The notes beneath the pieces are model-generated. The model was given only the letters and a program-made list of their open reading frames with translations, searched no databases and had not been told where the DNA came from. DNA of 64,000 bases from the human T2T-CHM13v2.0 reference genome, Homo sapiens, in NCBI RefSeq assembly GCF_009914755.1, contig NC_060927.1. One strand, written 5' to 3'. The position numbers and the translations under genes are program-made. The stretch's first letter is position 1, and every line of letters begins with the position of its first letter. Below, piece by piece: positions 11,486 to 27,649 of the stretch.

Positions 11486-12471
11486 GAATAAATACCCCCC
11501 AAATGCAGACAATTCTGAATCCAACATGCCTAGGTACTGGGGAGCCAACAACAGCACACTTTCCCTCAGAGCCTGTGGCACTGAGTCAGCCTCTGGGCAC
11601 ACCATACCTTCAGTCCTGATAGGATTGGGAGATGTAGTAAGTTCTTTCTTTTCCCCAACCATGTTAGACATTGATATTTCACTGGCTGGGTTATGAGGAC
11701 CCTAATATTTCCCTCTGTCAATAAAACAGCTGCCAAGTGGTACCAAGTTGAACGTAGAGGGGAAGATGGGGTTGGTAGAGGAATAAAGACGAGGATAGGA
11801 AGTGAATTAGCAAATGACAATGAACATGACTTGCAGGAAACAAACATTGGTCCCAGTCACCCAGTGAAAGATCCCAACTCCTGCAGCCCAGAATTCCTTC
11901 TGAAGGCCATTCTATGAGGTGACATTATCTGCCATGATGGTTGCTAAAATGGTCACAGCACAGAACATACCACCCAAGCCTCAGCTGCTTCATAGATATG
12001 AGCCCTCAGAAGGCTGAGGCTCTTAGGAGACACTTATCATACTCACTGGCTTGTTAAATTGTCTAGAAGTGTTCTGCTAAGTCCTAAGTCAGTACTTATC
12101 TGCACACCAGCTTCTTATGCAGCCCAAAGGATAACACTGGCAAAGGATATACAATGGCAAGAAGTGGCTTTTTCTTGGGCCTCCAACAACACAGAGTCCT
12201 GGCTTTACCGGATAACTAGACTAGGAACAAAGTTCAAACACTGTTATTGGAAACATCTATACAGGTCTGACCCTCAAATCTAGTTCTCTTTCAAACACTT
12301 GGCTCCCCTTACCTCCAAAATTAATGCCTCCTGCTCTTGTTGCTGCCTGTTGAGACATTTGTGACCAAGTAAGTTTTCAGAGAGGTGTGGAGGGGTTACA
12401 CGGGACACGAGAAGCCAACATTCATTGACCCCTACTAGGTTTCAGATACTGTACCAGATGATTCTATAGAT

Positions 12472-12685
12472 CTGTGCTGGACAACACAGTGGCCAGTAAC
12501 CACATGGAGCTATTTAAATTTCTAATTTTAATTAATGAAAATTAAATAAATGTAAAATTCAGTTCTTCAGTTACTCTAGCCACATTTTAAGTGCTCAACA
12601 GTCATGTGTGGCTTGTGGCTGCTCAATTGTACAGTGTAGACACGGAACATTTTTATTATCACGGAGGTGTCCACTGGACAGCCCT
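12472..12685. mobile_element. MER3 hAT-Charlie MITE
   Basis: TAAAATTCAGTTCTTCAGTTACTCTAGCCACATTTTAAGTGCTCAACAGTCATGTGTGGCT; ends CTGGACAGC. Confidence 0.8.
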
Positions 12686-12737
12686 ATATACAGACCTTTC
12701 CCCCTTAATCTTTGCAATAGTTCTTTGAGGTAGTTTA

Positions 12738-13318
12738 TCAGTTAGAATGTATTGGACTGCTGGTAACAAAAAACCCCAGTTGGAAATGGCTTGATAATTC
12801 CTTTCTTGCTCTGAGAAGATGAAAAAAATAAATACATAAGAATAAAATAATGAAAATAAATTCATGATTGATTTTAAGATAAATAATATTTATCTATACC
12901 TGAGAGTCCAGAAAACAGTTGTTTCCAGGACCAGCACAGTCAGTGAGGTTATTAAGGACTTAGGGACTTTCCCTCTCAGTGTTTGCTTCTCTCACTTGAT
13001 GTGTCAGCCTTCATGTCGTCTAGTTTCCTGTGTGGATGCAAGACAGTGACCAGTGGCCATTGGGACAATGTGTTTCCTTGCTCATATCCCCCCAGGAGAA
13101 AGTAAAAATATCTCTCTTCCAGTCTAATTGGACCAACTGGGAGCACATGCCCTTCTCTGAACCATTAACAGTGCCACGGACTTTCATATACTGCTTGAGA
13201 TGAATCACGATTTCTCTTTGGAAGTAAAAGTTGGGAAAAGCTGAATGAAATCGTGATTCTGTTGGAAAGGAGGAGGAAGGGAAATGGATGATAGGTAAAT
13301 AACCAATGTTATCTACTG
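12738..13318 (-). mobile_element. MLT1 (J/K-like) MaLR solo LTR
   Basis: TCAGTTAGAATG..GCTGGTAACAAAAAACCC..GGCTT; AATTGGACCAACTGGGAGCACATGCCC..GAACCATTAAC. Confidence 0.7.
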
Positions 13319-16300
13319 GAGTGAGTGTTGTTACTCCCATTTCACAAACAAGGAAGCTGAGGCTAAGAGGGGTTAAGTAAATTACTCCAGGCCATAGATG
13401 GCACACTGCATAGAGCAGGAATTCAATCCAGGGTCTGTCCCGCTGTGGTATGTGTCATTGCCCACATGCCAGCCTGCCACACAGCATTGGGTGCATTTTG
13501 TCATTCAGCAGCACACTGCCACAGTGCCACTCAAGAGGTTATCACCTCACTCCTGATTAGCATAACATGATGATTAGCTAATAAGGCAAAGCAGCAATGA
13601 ACCTGCTCTGATCCTCTTTCTGTGTAAGCAACTTCTGGTTATCTGTTGTATAGGATACATTATGCTTCGTTTCTCCTCCCAACCTTTCCCTTTATGTTAA
13701 ATATATGATTTTTATCCTCAGAAGGGGGATTATCTCCGAGCAGAATTGGCAAGGTTAAACACTATCTATAAAACACATTCGGCTGTGCCATGAAATGAAT
13801 TACATAATATATCAGTCATCTACCTGGCTTTCAAAAACCTGCAAATGCATTTCTGTTCAGTATGGGTGAGTATTTTATATTTTGCCTCCCTTCCCATGAA
13901 GGTAAAAATGACCTTGGTTCTTAGAAAGTGAAGATATATTGAACGGGTTAGGATCAACACAGTTCCATTTCATTTAGTCTCCACTAAAATTGCAAGGAGT
14001 GAAAATAGAGATTGAATTTATTTTACTATATATTGCCTCATTTGAACTTTCGTAAGGCATTAGCTTCTAAAGAAAACCCTCCCCCTTCCATAATCTCTTA
14101 TTGATGGCATGTTAAGGAAATTGCCTTGACTTTATTGATTCTGAGCTATGAGGTACAATGTACCCGTCGGTGTGTTAAACTGAGAAAAGTGTGCTGGGCT
14201 GTCTATCGCTGCAGAGATGGAACTTGCTGACAGCGCAGCACTTTGGCCCTACCCAACACCCCTGGTTATTCTCCCCAGAGAGCAAATTAATAGGAAGCCG
14301 AGTGCATCAGAGCCTCCCTGCACGACCTTGCTTGGAAAGAGCAAGCAATGGGAGGAGATGAGCCTCATGTCCTGAGGGGGAGAAGAGCAGGGCAAGACCC
14401 CGCCACACCACAGCCAGCCCCTCCATATCTCCAGCCTCCTGGTGGGCAGGGATCCCCTTCAGAATTCTCCCCCAAGTAGCCCAGAAACTGTGTCCAACCA
14501 GGTTGCTTACTTTGTTAGAGCCTCAGGGTCCTTACCTGTAAAATGGTTGTAGCATTTTGGCTGGCAACAGCATCTCTCATATTTGTTCAAGAAACTACAA
14601 AGTGATGGGCCACTTTGGGTAAGGAGGGTGAGACTCCCAGAGAATGGTCTGTAAGAAGACCATGAAACGAGGTGGTCACTAACATGCTCTGCATGAAAAA
14701 AGTATCAGCAATATTGGGCCTGGGAGATAATCAGGTGGGAAGGCAGAGACGAGAAACTGAGATGGGAAGAGGAGGTGTGGGCACTGGTCTGGTAAAGAGA
14801 AAACTTTTAACATCAAGAATAGCTAGTATTGTTTTGCACTGTTTGTAATAAAAACTATCTGCAGCTCCCAAACATGTGAAAAAGTCCATTACTCACACAC
14901 ACAAAAAAAGTGGTTTAGGGCAAAATAGGAGGGAGGTTGGGCATGGGACAAGGAGAAGAGTCAGCACAGAGCAGCGGGAGGAAAGTGGCCCTAGGAGGTG
15001 AGTGGAGGTGAAAATGGGAGTTGAGAAATGGCCACAAGCACTCCAGCGCCAGGGCATCACAGACAGCATGGTGAGAGGAGTAGGCTGGCAACAGAGGTAG
15101 AGCCATCTCTGCTTGGTTGCAAAGGATAAACTGACCTCAACCGATACCTGATCCACATGGGAATATAATCTCAAGCTTTGCAGGGTTGAGGTGAAGCTTT
15201 CATTTAATGACTACTTTTCCTGATTCCTATGCCTCCTGCCTGCTCTCCACCTCCCATCCCTTTTGAAGAATGTGGCTGCTGATGGCAGGCGCCATTCAAT
15301 GGCTGCCCATAGCCACGAGAGGCCAGTCAAGCTGGAGGGAGCACCATCATGGAGCTCATCATTCAGTGGCTCTGTCTTGTCCCTGGACCCTCATCCAGAC
15401 CCCTTTTCCATCTTTCCCCTCCCTGACCTCACTCTTATGTCAGCCTCCTGTCACAATCCCCATCCCCACAGCTCCACCTGGCCCCAGGCCCTACCTCACC
15501 TTTTTCACCTCTGCTTCCTTGAATGAATAGGCCCCAGTAAGTAGTCAGAGGCCACAGGCACCCATCAGAAAAATCCTGCGTTGTTTCTGCTCTGCCCCAT
15601 TCCTACTCAGTCACCACTGGATCCCCGTGGAGAGTGAGACCCAGTGAGTACATGGCTCACAAGCTGCCTTAGAGATGTACATTCACAAATGAGAAAGTTT
15701 GTCTTCAGTTGAGGGTACCTTGGGCACCCAGGTCAGGGCCAACCTGAAAAAGTCAAGTGCACTTTTGCCAATATGCCCTCCCTCCTACACATGTACTCTG
15801 CTCACGCCCCTCACACTCCAATTTTTATTTTTATTCTTTCCCCAGAACCTACACCTTGCTGGATCACCAATTGACCTAATGGACCCCATGTAGAAATATT
15901 TACCTTTGTGAAAACAGACACAGCAAAGAGCCAAAGGAATTACTTTATAAAGGGTAGTGTGTCTGCCACCAGCAAGGGAGCGTTTAGGACCACATGTTTG
16001 GGGTTGATAGTGCAAGGCTGGCCTTCACCTGCTGACCTGCCAACCCTCTCCAAAAGAAAAAGACAAAGGATCCCATCTCCTGTATATTTCCTGGGAGCCC
16101 AGCCCAGTGTCTGGCACAGAGAAGATAGTCGATGAGTATCAAATGTCCCAGGCAATCCGTCTGAGGGGCCACCCGCTGCTGAAAGATGAGCTTGTCCACC
16201 TCTGTGAGCCACAAACCATAGATAAAAGCCTTCTAAGCCTAACAGAAGAGCACCGTCCCTTCCTTTCTGAATGCAATAATGAGATCACTTTCTCAAGAGT

Positions 16301-16577
16301 AAGACCAGAGGGGAGTGAAGGTTAAACAAATAAACCTCTTTCTCGCTGATATTAACTGACTCCCATGGCTGTGCTCTGGATATTGTGCTAAGTCTGGGAA
16401 CACTAAGTCTGTTCCTTTTTCTCTATCTGAGCAAAAGGTAGAAGGAGTTGAGGTTGGGGTAGGAAGAGAATTATAAGGGTCAGGGAGAGAAGGTTATGAG
16501 GGCAGCAGAAAGTCTCAGCGTTCAGCTAATGTGTGTTGAATGAACTTCAGCTTGAGATGACACCAGACATTATATAG

Positions 16578-16905
16578 ATCACAGGCCAATGGCTCAAATG
16601 CCTCCAGGTGGAAAGAAGCAAAGCTGGCCAGTGAGATAGGTAATGAGGGGCCACTGCTCCCAGGAGGGCTTGTGACCTTTCTCAGAGTGGCAGCCTCTTC
16701 TCAGCTCCAGACAATTATTTCCAAATAGGTGTGTGAGTCCTCTGTGTCTAGATTTTCCTATTTTTTTTCCCCAAGAAAAGCCAGAAATGTGGATTTTCAT
16801 GAAAAAAAAAAACCCATTTTGAAACATTGGAAACTAGTTTAAAAATGTTCAAAACACTACACTGGTCAATAAAAGTGCATCTGAAGGCTGGATCCAGTCT
16901 CCCTT
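16578..16905. mobile_element. MER102-like hAT-Charlie MITE
   Basis: CTCAAATGCCTCCAGG..CTCAGCTCCAG..CAAGAAAAGCCAGAAATGTGGATTTT. Confidence 0.65.
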
Positions 16906-16918
16906 GTTTGTTGTAGAA

Positions 16919-17110
16919 TAGTGGTTCTCAAATGTAAGTAGGTATCACAGTCTCCTTCAGAACTTAGTAATAGCACGGATTGCTGGGCTCTACCCCTAGA
17001 GTCTCTTATTCAGCAGCTCGGGTTGGAGGCCAGAAATTTGCATTTCTAACAACTTCCCAGGAAATGCCAATGCAGCTGATCCTGGGGCCACACTTTGAGA
17101 TCCACCGCTG
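16919..17110. mobile_element. MER5A hAT-Charlie MITE
   Basis: AGTGGTTCTCAAA..TTTGCATTTCTAACAACTTCCCAGG..CACACTTTGAGA; TSD TTGTAGAA/TTGTAGAC. Confidence 0.85.
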
Positions 17111-17986
17111 TTGTAGACCCCCCGGAGGGTCTCCAGCCTTTCCTTCTGCCCCCATGATGTACTACTGGCTTGAGTGGAAAAGGTCTGCTCTCTCCTTCAG
17201 GACATTCTGTGAATGAAGTTGTGTGTGTGACCTCTGTCTCTCCAAAGCCTCCCTTCAGCACAGGTGTTAAAAACAGGAGCGTGAGGCTCTAATTCTTGGG
17301 CTCTTTCATGTCCTGATTATATTTTTCTGGCAAAGTCTGGACCCCAAGCATCATATTGTCTTCTTTAAGTCCCAAACCAGAAGATACTTTCCTGGAGAAC
17401 CAGGTGCCCCTTAGACCTGTGCTCAACTGTACTCGATCATGTTAATATTAGAGAAAATCCAATATAAATCCCCTTGGTGTCAGGGGTTCTGCAAGGTTGC
17501 TATAATTGCCTGAAGCTTAAGACACATTTTTAACCTCTTCTGTCTTCAGAGAGTCTCCAGCTAGGCCAGGGGAAATTTGTAAACCCTTGGGGTTCTCATT
17601 AGGGCATAAGAGCACATTTCTGGTAACTAAGGAGGAGTGCTGGAAGAAGTAACACATACATACTGCTCCAACAGGACTATGCTTGGCCAGAATTTCCATT
17701 GTGATTTGTATCTTTTCAAACTCAGAGTTACAGAGCTGACTCGAATTTGTTCTCTCCAATACAGGCCCTGACTAGAAAGCAGTGAGCCCCCTTCCTCCAG
17801 TTTCCCCAGAGAGTGGTGCAGAGATTGCTAAAGACCAAGTTTATAGGCTGGTCCAGAAAGCTAGAGATATGGGAACCTGGCTTTCCTAAAAGATCCACTG
17901 CCAGGGCCCCAGAATGACAGCTCACACATACCTCTCATGACAATGAAGATAAGAACTTAATCCCAAAAGTTCTGACACACTCTCAC

Positions 17987-22282
<4,296 letters not shown>

Positions 22283-22465
22283 TGGAAGTTACTCTTACTC
22301 TTCTGAAGTTAGATCCTGTTAAGTCTTGGTTTGCTCCAAATACGTACCTGATATATGGGGACCTCTTGTCTTTTCCAAGAGTGTGGAAATGGTATATGCC
22401 ATTCCGGTTTAAATTTTGTTTGGAGTGAAAATCATAAAACTTCTAAGTTGTTCTCAGCTGACAGT

Positions 22466-22521
22466 CTGGAGTGGTAACAATAGAGCACCACTGGAGCGGT
22501 AACAATAGAGCACCACTGGAG
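22466..22521. repeat. 25-bp tandem duplication at a MIR 5' end
   Basis: CTGGAG(T/C)GGTAACAATAGAGCACCA x2 plus CTGGAG. Confidence 0.9.
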
Positions 22522-22690
22522 CCAGATAGCACTGAGTTAGAATCTTGGCTTTGCCCCTAACCAGGCCTGTGACTGTGAGGACATTGGTTAACCCCTCTGG
22601 GCCATCCCCTTCCTTATCTGTCATTTGAGAATTAAAAGGGGTAATGAAGTTGCCTGGCTCAAAGACAGTACTCAATAAATGTTATTCACA
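22470..22690 (+). mobile_element. MIR
   Basis: CTGGAGCCAGA..CTGTGACT..TTAACCCCTCTGGGCC..CTCAATAAATGTT. Confidence 0.7.
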
Positions 22691-22809
22691 TACATAACAA
22701 TAAATTAAATGTTATTAATATTGTTATATGCCTGTTCCACACAGATATTCCTAAAAAGAAACATTTAGCTCTTCCATTCCAGCAATTTATTCTCTTAGTT
22801 CCATTTTAG

Positions 22810-22930
22810 TCTCCCAGGAAGTAGGTAAAACTGAGAATACTCTTTCCCATTTTACACATGAGGAAACAGAAACTTGGGAACATAAAACATCTATCTCAAG
22901 ATCATATAGTGACTGAGTGCAAAGCTGGTA
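22810..22930 (-). mobile_element. MIR
   Basis: CCCATTTTACACATGAGGAAACAGA. Confidence 0.6.
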
Positions 22931-23245
22931 CTCTCTCCTTGTCCCATCCTTATCTTTCGCCATTTCAGGGTTTTCAAGAGACAGAGGGAGTTTCAAAGGG
23001 ACACTAAGGGCTCAGTTTCTGTTTCATACACGATTCCAGGTCTCTTTGCAGAGAGTCTGAGCATCAAGTAGTGAGAGGTAGAAGCTGGTTCCTGATCAGC
23101 CCCTACCAACCCCCAATACACACACATACACACTAACATACATACACACCAGGAGCTGTGAGATGGCTGACAATGGCCAACACCGGGAAAGAAGCTACTT
23201 TTGGTGGTGTTTAGGGTTCTCTCAGAAGTGGTTGGTAGAAGCTCC

Positions 23246-23281
23246 GTGTGTGTGTGTGTGTACACGTGCACATGTGTGTGT
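23246..23281. repeat. (TG)n microsatellite
   Basis: GTGTGTGTGTGTGTGTACACGTGCACATGTGTGTG. Confidence 0.8.
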
Positions 23282-23624
23282 TGGGGAATTGGGAGGTGTC
23301 TGTTTCAGAGGGAATACCACTCCAGCCAACTAAGCAGAATTTGAAATAATTTCTGCTCAACTCCTAAATGGTGTTCCTCCCATCACTCCTCCATACCTAC
23401 TTTAAAAAGCAGGCTTTTAAATCTGAATTTAACTGTGTTGCTCTCTGACTGAATAATCTTCATTGGCCACTCGTCACATTCAGGGTGAAGCCCAGGCCCA
23501 AAGCCCAGCACAAAGACCTACATGATGTGCTCACTTCCAACTGGAAGGTGGGAGGCAGTTCTTACCCAGCAGACACCAAGTTCTCCCCATCCTCCAGCCA
23601 TGTGGATCCACACATGCCCTTGTC

Positions 23625-23930
23625 TATACCCTAGGCCTTTGCACAATTGGATCATTCTGCCTGTCACATCCTCTCCCTCACTCTTTCTCCTCAAAGATGA
23701 TCTAGTGGTGTTTCTCTTCGAAGTTTTTCCTGGACCTTCTTTTGTGCTTAGGCTGAGCTTCTCATTCTCTATTGCAGTGATATGCTCTCATTTCTCCTGA
23801 ACTAGACTGTTCACTGAAGGGTGAGGGCTATATCTGAGTCCCATCTTGATTTCCCAGTTTATAGCACAGGGCCTGGCCCCAGTAGGCATCTGTACAAGCT
23901 TATTTAATAAACAAAAGAGTGAATAGATGG
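23625..23930 (+). mobile_element. L2 3' end
   Basis: GGCCTTTGCACA..ACTAGACTGT..TAGCACAGGGCCTGGC..AGTAGGCA. Confidence 0.7.
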
Positions 23931-24029
23931 TTTGGAGCTCTGAAGGCATCTTTCCACAGAAAGAGTGTTGAAAATGACTCTGTGTGTTCCCTGTAGGCTA
24001 CTGACTGTGGATGACCTCTGACCTTTGTG

Positions 24030-24492
24030 AGACTCTGACAGCTTGGCTCCTCCATCCCCATGGAGGAGTAGCAGTGAGGATTGGAGCCTTGATCTCAGCT
24101 CCAGGCATGGACTTGATGGGCTAGAAGTAATCCCTATGGCCTGGCCTACGATCGGTTTAAGACCAGTGAGTGACCCATTTTAAGTCAATGAGACTCAAGT
24201 AGAGGGTGGTTGAAGGGTCTATAGTAGTTCTTGAAGGAGGCAGAAAGACAGGTGGCTCCTGACAGCCATCTCAAGCACTGCAGGAGATCCAGGTGTAAGA
24301 CAAAGCTGGCTCTGCAGAAGGCAGAGAGGAAATGCAGAGAGAGCCTGGGTCTCTGGTGAACATGAGAAACTACGGATGAATTCCTCAGACTGCTCATTTC
24401 TGATTTCAGTTATGTGTGTCAGTAAGATTTCTTGTTTTGGGAGCCACTTTGAGCTGGATATTCTGTCACCTGCTGCTGGAAGCAGGACTGAT
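24030..24492 (+). mobile_element. MLT1 MaLR solo LTR
   Basis: TGACCCATTTTAAGTCAATGAGAC..CAGCCATCT..GCCACTTTGAGCTGGATATTCTGTCAC. Confidence 0.6.
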
Positions 24493-26066
24493 CTTTGTGA
24501 AGCTAACTAAATGTAAGCTTGAGTTCCCTTCCCTTACACAGGCTTCTTCCAAGGCCCTGGGACCCAGGGTGCCATGTGTTTGTAAATTTACAAAAGCAAG
24601 ATATTTTAATAACAACCCATGAAAACCACCATGTTTCTCCACTGTGATGCCTGCTCTGTCACACTGCCCTTAGGGTGGGGTGCAGTTGCAGTAGTCACAG
24701 GCAGTTCAGGGATCTGGCCAAGGTGGTGATGAACTGGTCACTCATGCTATTGGATGTGGAGGGATGTGGTTCACCGTCACTTTGGGGCTTAGCTAAGTTA
24801 TGCTGGATGTCCCAGTGTAAGAATGACTTTCAAGAATTCAATTGCCACCCACACAGCTGACTCACCTGGCACTGTGTCTGGGAGATGCAGGGCCACAGGT
24901 TGTCACACGATGTGAAACACAAGCCACAGCACTCACAATGGAACTGCATGATGGAAGGAGGAAAAACAAGATTTGAAATATATTCTGAGGAAATTTCCTC
25001 CAGTTACTAGACACATGAAATTGTAAGTGAAGGATTCTGTTTAACTCAATGCCTCAACACAATGAATGTTATCTCTTGTCAGATGTGATGGCATTGGCCT
25101 CCTAGTGCGCCACCATGATGATTATGTGAATGGCAAACTGGTTAATGAGCACCGTCAACCCAAAGCATAGTTAAAGATGGGTCACTGCGTAAGAAAACAC
25201 AAAACCCTGAAACTTGTCGGCTTCAGAGGAGATTCCTAAATTTGACAATAGTCCTAAAAATGTACATGACCTTACCAGCGATGAGTTGTGAAGCTACAAG
25301 AAACTTTAAAAAACTATTGATAATGAAAAATAATTGATGAACCATGGTAGAGGAAAGTCCAAATTATCCAACTGTTGGCTTTAGAGAAAAATAACATTAT
25401 AAACTTGGTGCCATGTCAGGAGGTAATCAAAGAGAAGCAGCCAAAAAAAATCAGGGGAAAAGGTATTTTTAGAGGGGACAGTTATTTAATAAAAACGACA
25501 GGCTTTTTTTTTTGATTTTGTAATTTCTTGGGTGTGTATTAGTCCATTCTCATGCTGCTAATAAAGACATACCCGAGACTGTGTAATTTATAAAGGAAAA
25601 AGGGTTAATTGACTCACAGTTCATTATGGCTGGGGAGGCCTCAGGAAAATTACAATCATGGCAGAAGGGGAAGCAAATATGTCCTTCTTCATGGGGCAGC
25701 AGGACAGAGAAGTGCAAAGCAAAAGGGGGAAAAGCCCCTTACAAAACCATCAGATCTCGTGAGAAATCACTCGCTATCATGAGAACAGCAGCATGGCGGT
25801 AACTGCCCCATGATTCAATTACCTCCTACTGGGTCCCTCCCATTACAGGTGCGGATTATGGGAACTACAATTCAAGATGAGATTTGGGTGGGGACAGCCA
25901 AACCATATCAGTCAGCTTTTAAAAATTTATAATTCGTTGCCGTTTCTTATCCTAAGTATTCATTTTCTTACCTAATTTTATATTGGTAATTTTATGGGTT
26001 TTATCAGTTAAAGAGAGTTCCTGAGTTGTGTAAGCCTCAGGCCTCACAACACCTGGATCTCCTCTG
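24487..26066 (+). mobile_element. Zaphod/MER115-like hAT-Tip100 deletion derivative with transposase remnant
   Basis: GTGAAGCTAA..TTCCAAGGCCCTGGG..TTTGTAAATTTACAAAAG at the 5' end; hAT dimerisation-domain relic at 25233-25390; 3' end ACCTGGATCTCCTCTG. Confidence 0.8.
25535..25910 (-). mobile_element. THE1 (B/C-like) MaLR solo LTR nested in the hAT element
   Basis: TGTATTAGTCCATTCTCATGCTGCTAATAAAGACATACCCGAGAC..GATGAGATTTGGGTGGGGACAGCCAAACCATATCA. Confidence 0.93.
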
Positions 26067-26087
26067 ACTGGAGTTAAATATACACAT

Positions 26088-26212
26088 ACATTATCTCACT
26101 GAATCTAATCCCGTGCTCCCTTTAGGAGGTAGGTACTATTATTAAGGCTCAGAGAGGTTAAGTCACGTGCCCAATGTCACATAGCTGTTAAGTGGGAGAG
26201 TAGGAATTTGGT
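26088..26212 (-). mobile_element. MIR
   Basis: GAGGTAGGTACTATTATT..GGCTCAGAGAGGTTAAGTCAC. Confidence 0.75.
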
Positions 26213-26605
26213 GTTTGTGATTCTCTCCTGGAGAGAGATTGAGTGCTCCCTGAAAAAGGGAGCACAGGGGCATTGCCATCTAACCCAGCCTGTGGAGAGA
26301 CATGAAGGATACCTGGAGGAGGTGATACTGGAACTGAATTTTAATATTTGAGTAAGTGTTGGCTGATGCCTAGAAGGAGACTAGAGGGGTGAGACAGCTG
26401 CCCACACAGACGACATGGCACATAGAGGGTGTTGGAAGCAGACAGTGATGTGCTGTGGAAACAGGCAGATTGAGGGCTCAGGAGCATCTTGGATTTCTCC
26501 CCTTGGTTAACCCTCCAAACCTCAGAGCTCTGGGATTTGTTCTATCCTCATCATTGAGTAGGGCCAGATTTCTGATTTAGGGCCCAGGGTTCTCTCTGGG
26601 CCACT

Positions 26606-26716
26606 TAGGGTAACTAAACGCCCAGGTTTGTCTGGGACTAAAGGGTTGCCCGGGACACAGGACTCTCAGTGAAAATGGAAAAAGTCCCAGGCAAGTCAGC
26701 ATGAGTTGGTCACCCA
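26606..26716. mobile_element. MER81-like hAT-Blackjack MITE
   Basis: TAGGGTAACT..CCCAGGTTTG..GAGTTGGTCACCC. Confidence 0.75.
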
Positions 26717-26975
26717 GAAAGCTGGAAAGACCACTTTTCTGACAAATTGAAGCACCACTCTCCCCTTTTCTCAAGCCCAGGCAAGGGAGGTGATATCCAC
26801 CGGCAGCTCCTGGGTTTGTAGAGGGGAAGGAAGTCTGAGGTGATGGGCAGTTCAGCTACCCACCTTCTCCCACTTAGCTCTGCTTTTGGATTTTAAAAGA
26901 GCAAAGCTCCACTGCCGTGGCCACAGCCTATGTTTCCCTCAGCACACTCTGCAAAGCCTACGGCCCCGAAGTAAC

Positions 26976-27302
26976 TTTTTTCTTTTCTTTTTTTTTTTTT
27001 TTTTTGAGACAGGGTCTTGCTCTGTCACTCAGGCTAGAGTGCAGTGACCTGAACATGGCTTACTGCAGCCTCAACCTCCTGGGCACAAGTGATCCTACCA
27101 CCTTAGCACCCCAATTAGTTGGGACTACAGGCGTGCACCACCAGACTTGGATAATTTTTTTTTTCTTTTTTTTTGTAGAGATGAGGAGATGAGGGTCTCA
27201 CTTTGTTGCCCAGGCCGGTCTTCAATTCCTGGGCTCCAGCGATCCTCTCGCCTCAGCCTCTCAAAGTGCTGGGATTATAGGTGTGAGCCACTGTGCCTGG
27301 CC
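26976..27302 (-). mobile_element. Full-length AluJ
   Basis: GAGACAGGGTCTTGC..CTGCAGCCTCAACCTCCTGGG..CCTGGGCTC (J-type variants). Confidence 0.93.
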
Positions 27303-27464
27303 CAAACTAACTATTGATTAATTAACTGGGCTCCTCATCCTTCAGACCACAGATTCCCCACCTACAAAAGTCCAGTTGGTACATGGGGTGTCAATGCAGG
27401 CCTTGTGGAGGGCCTGGGCCAACCATGGCATCTGCGACCCTTTTTAGTTTATCAAAGACCAAAG

Positions 27465-27635
27465 CGATATTTCTCAAACAATACTGCCTATGACAATCTT
27501 TGCCCCTGCTTGTGACAATGCAGATTCCTAGGCCTATACTCCTAGATATCTGAGTTCAGCTCATCCAGGGTGTCAGCTAAGCAACTGCACCTTAGACAAG
27601 CTTTTTAGGTAGTAATGGTGCAGGTATTTCCAGAC
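27465..27635. mobile_element. MER5-type MITE, degenerate
   Basis: TTTCTCAAAC..AATGCAGATTCCTAGGCC..CTGCAC..ACAAGC. Confidence 0.5.
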
Positions 27636-27649
27636 ACTAGAAAAGAGAT

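Larger units (their letters stand above)
12415..13440 (-). mobile_element. MIR host split into three pieces by MER3 and MLT1
   Basis: MIR pieces at about 12415-12470, 12705-12737 and 13320-13440 are collinear. Confidence 0.6.

Noticed and set aside
13812-13845. Frame reading VIYLAFK, resembling the CR1 RT motif VIYLDF
   Set aside because: Similarity does not extend; likely chance
14548-14890. Possible ancient LTR (TG start, AATAAA near the end)
   Set aside because: Could not match it to a family with any confidence
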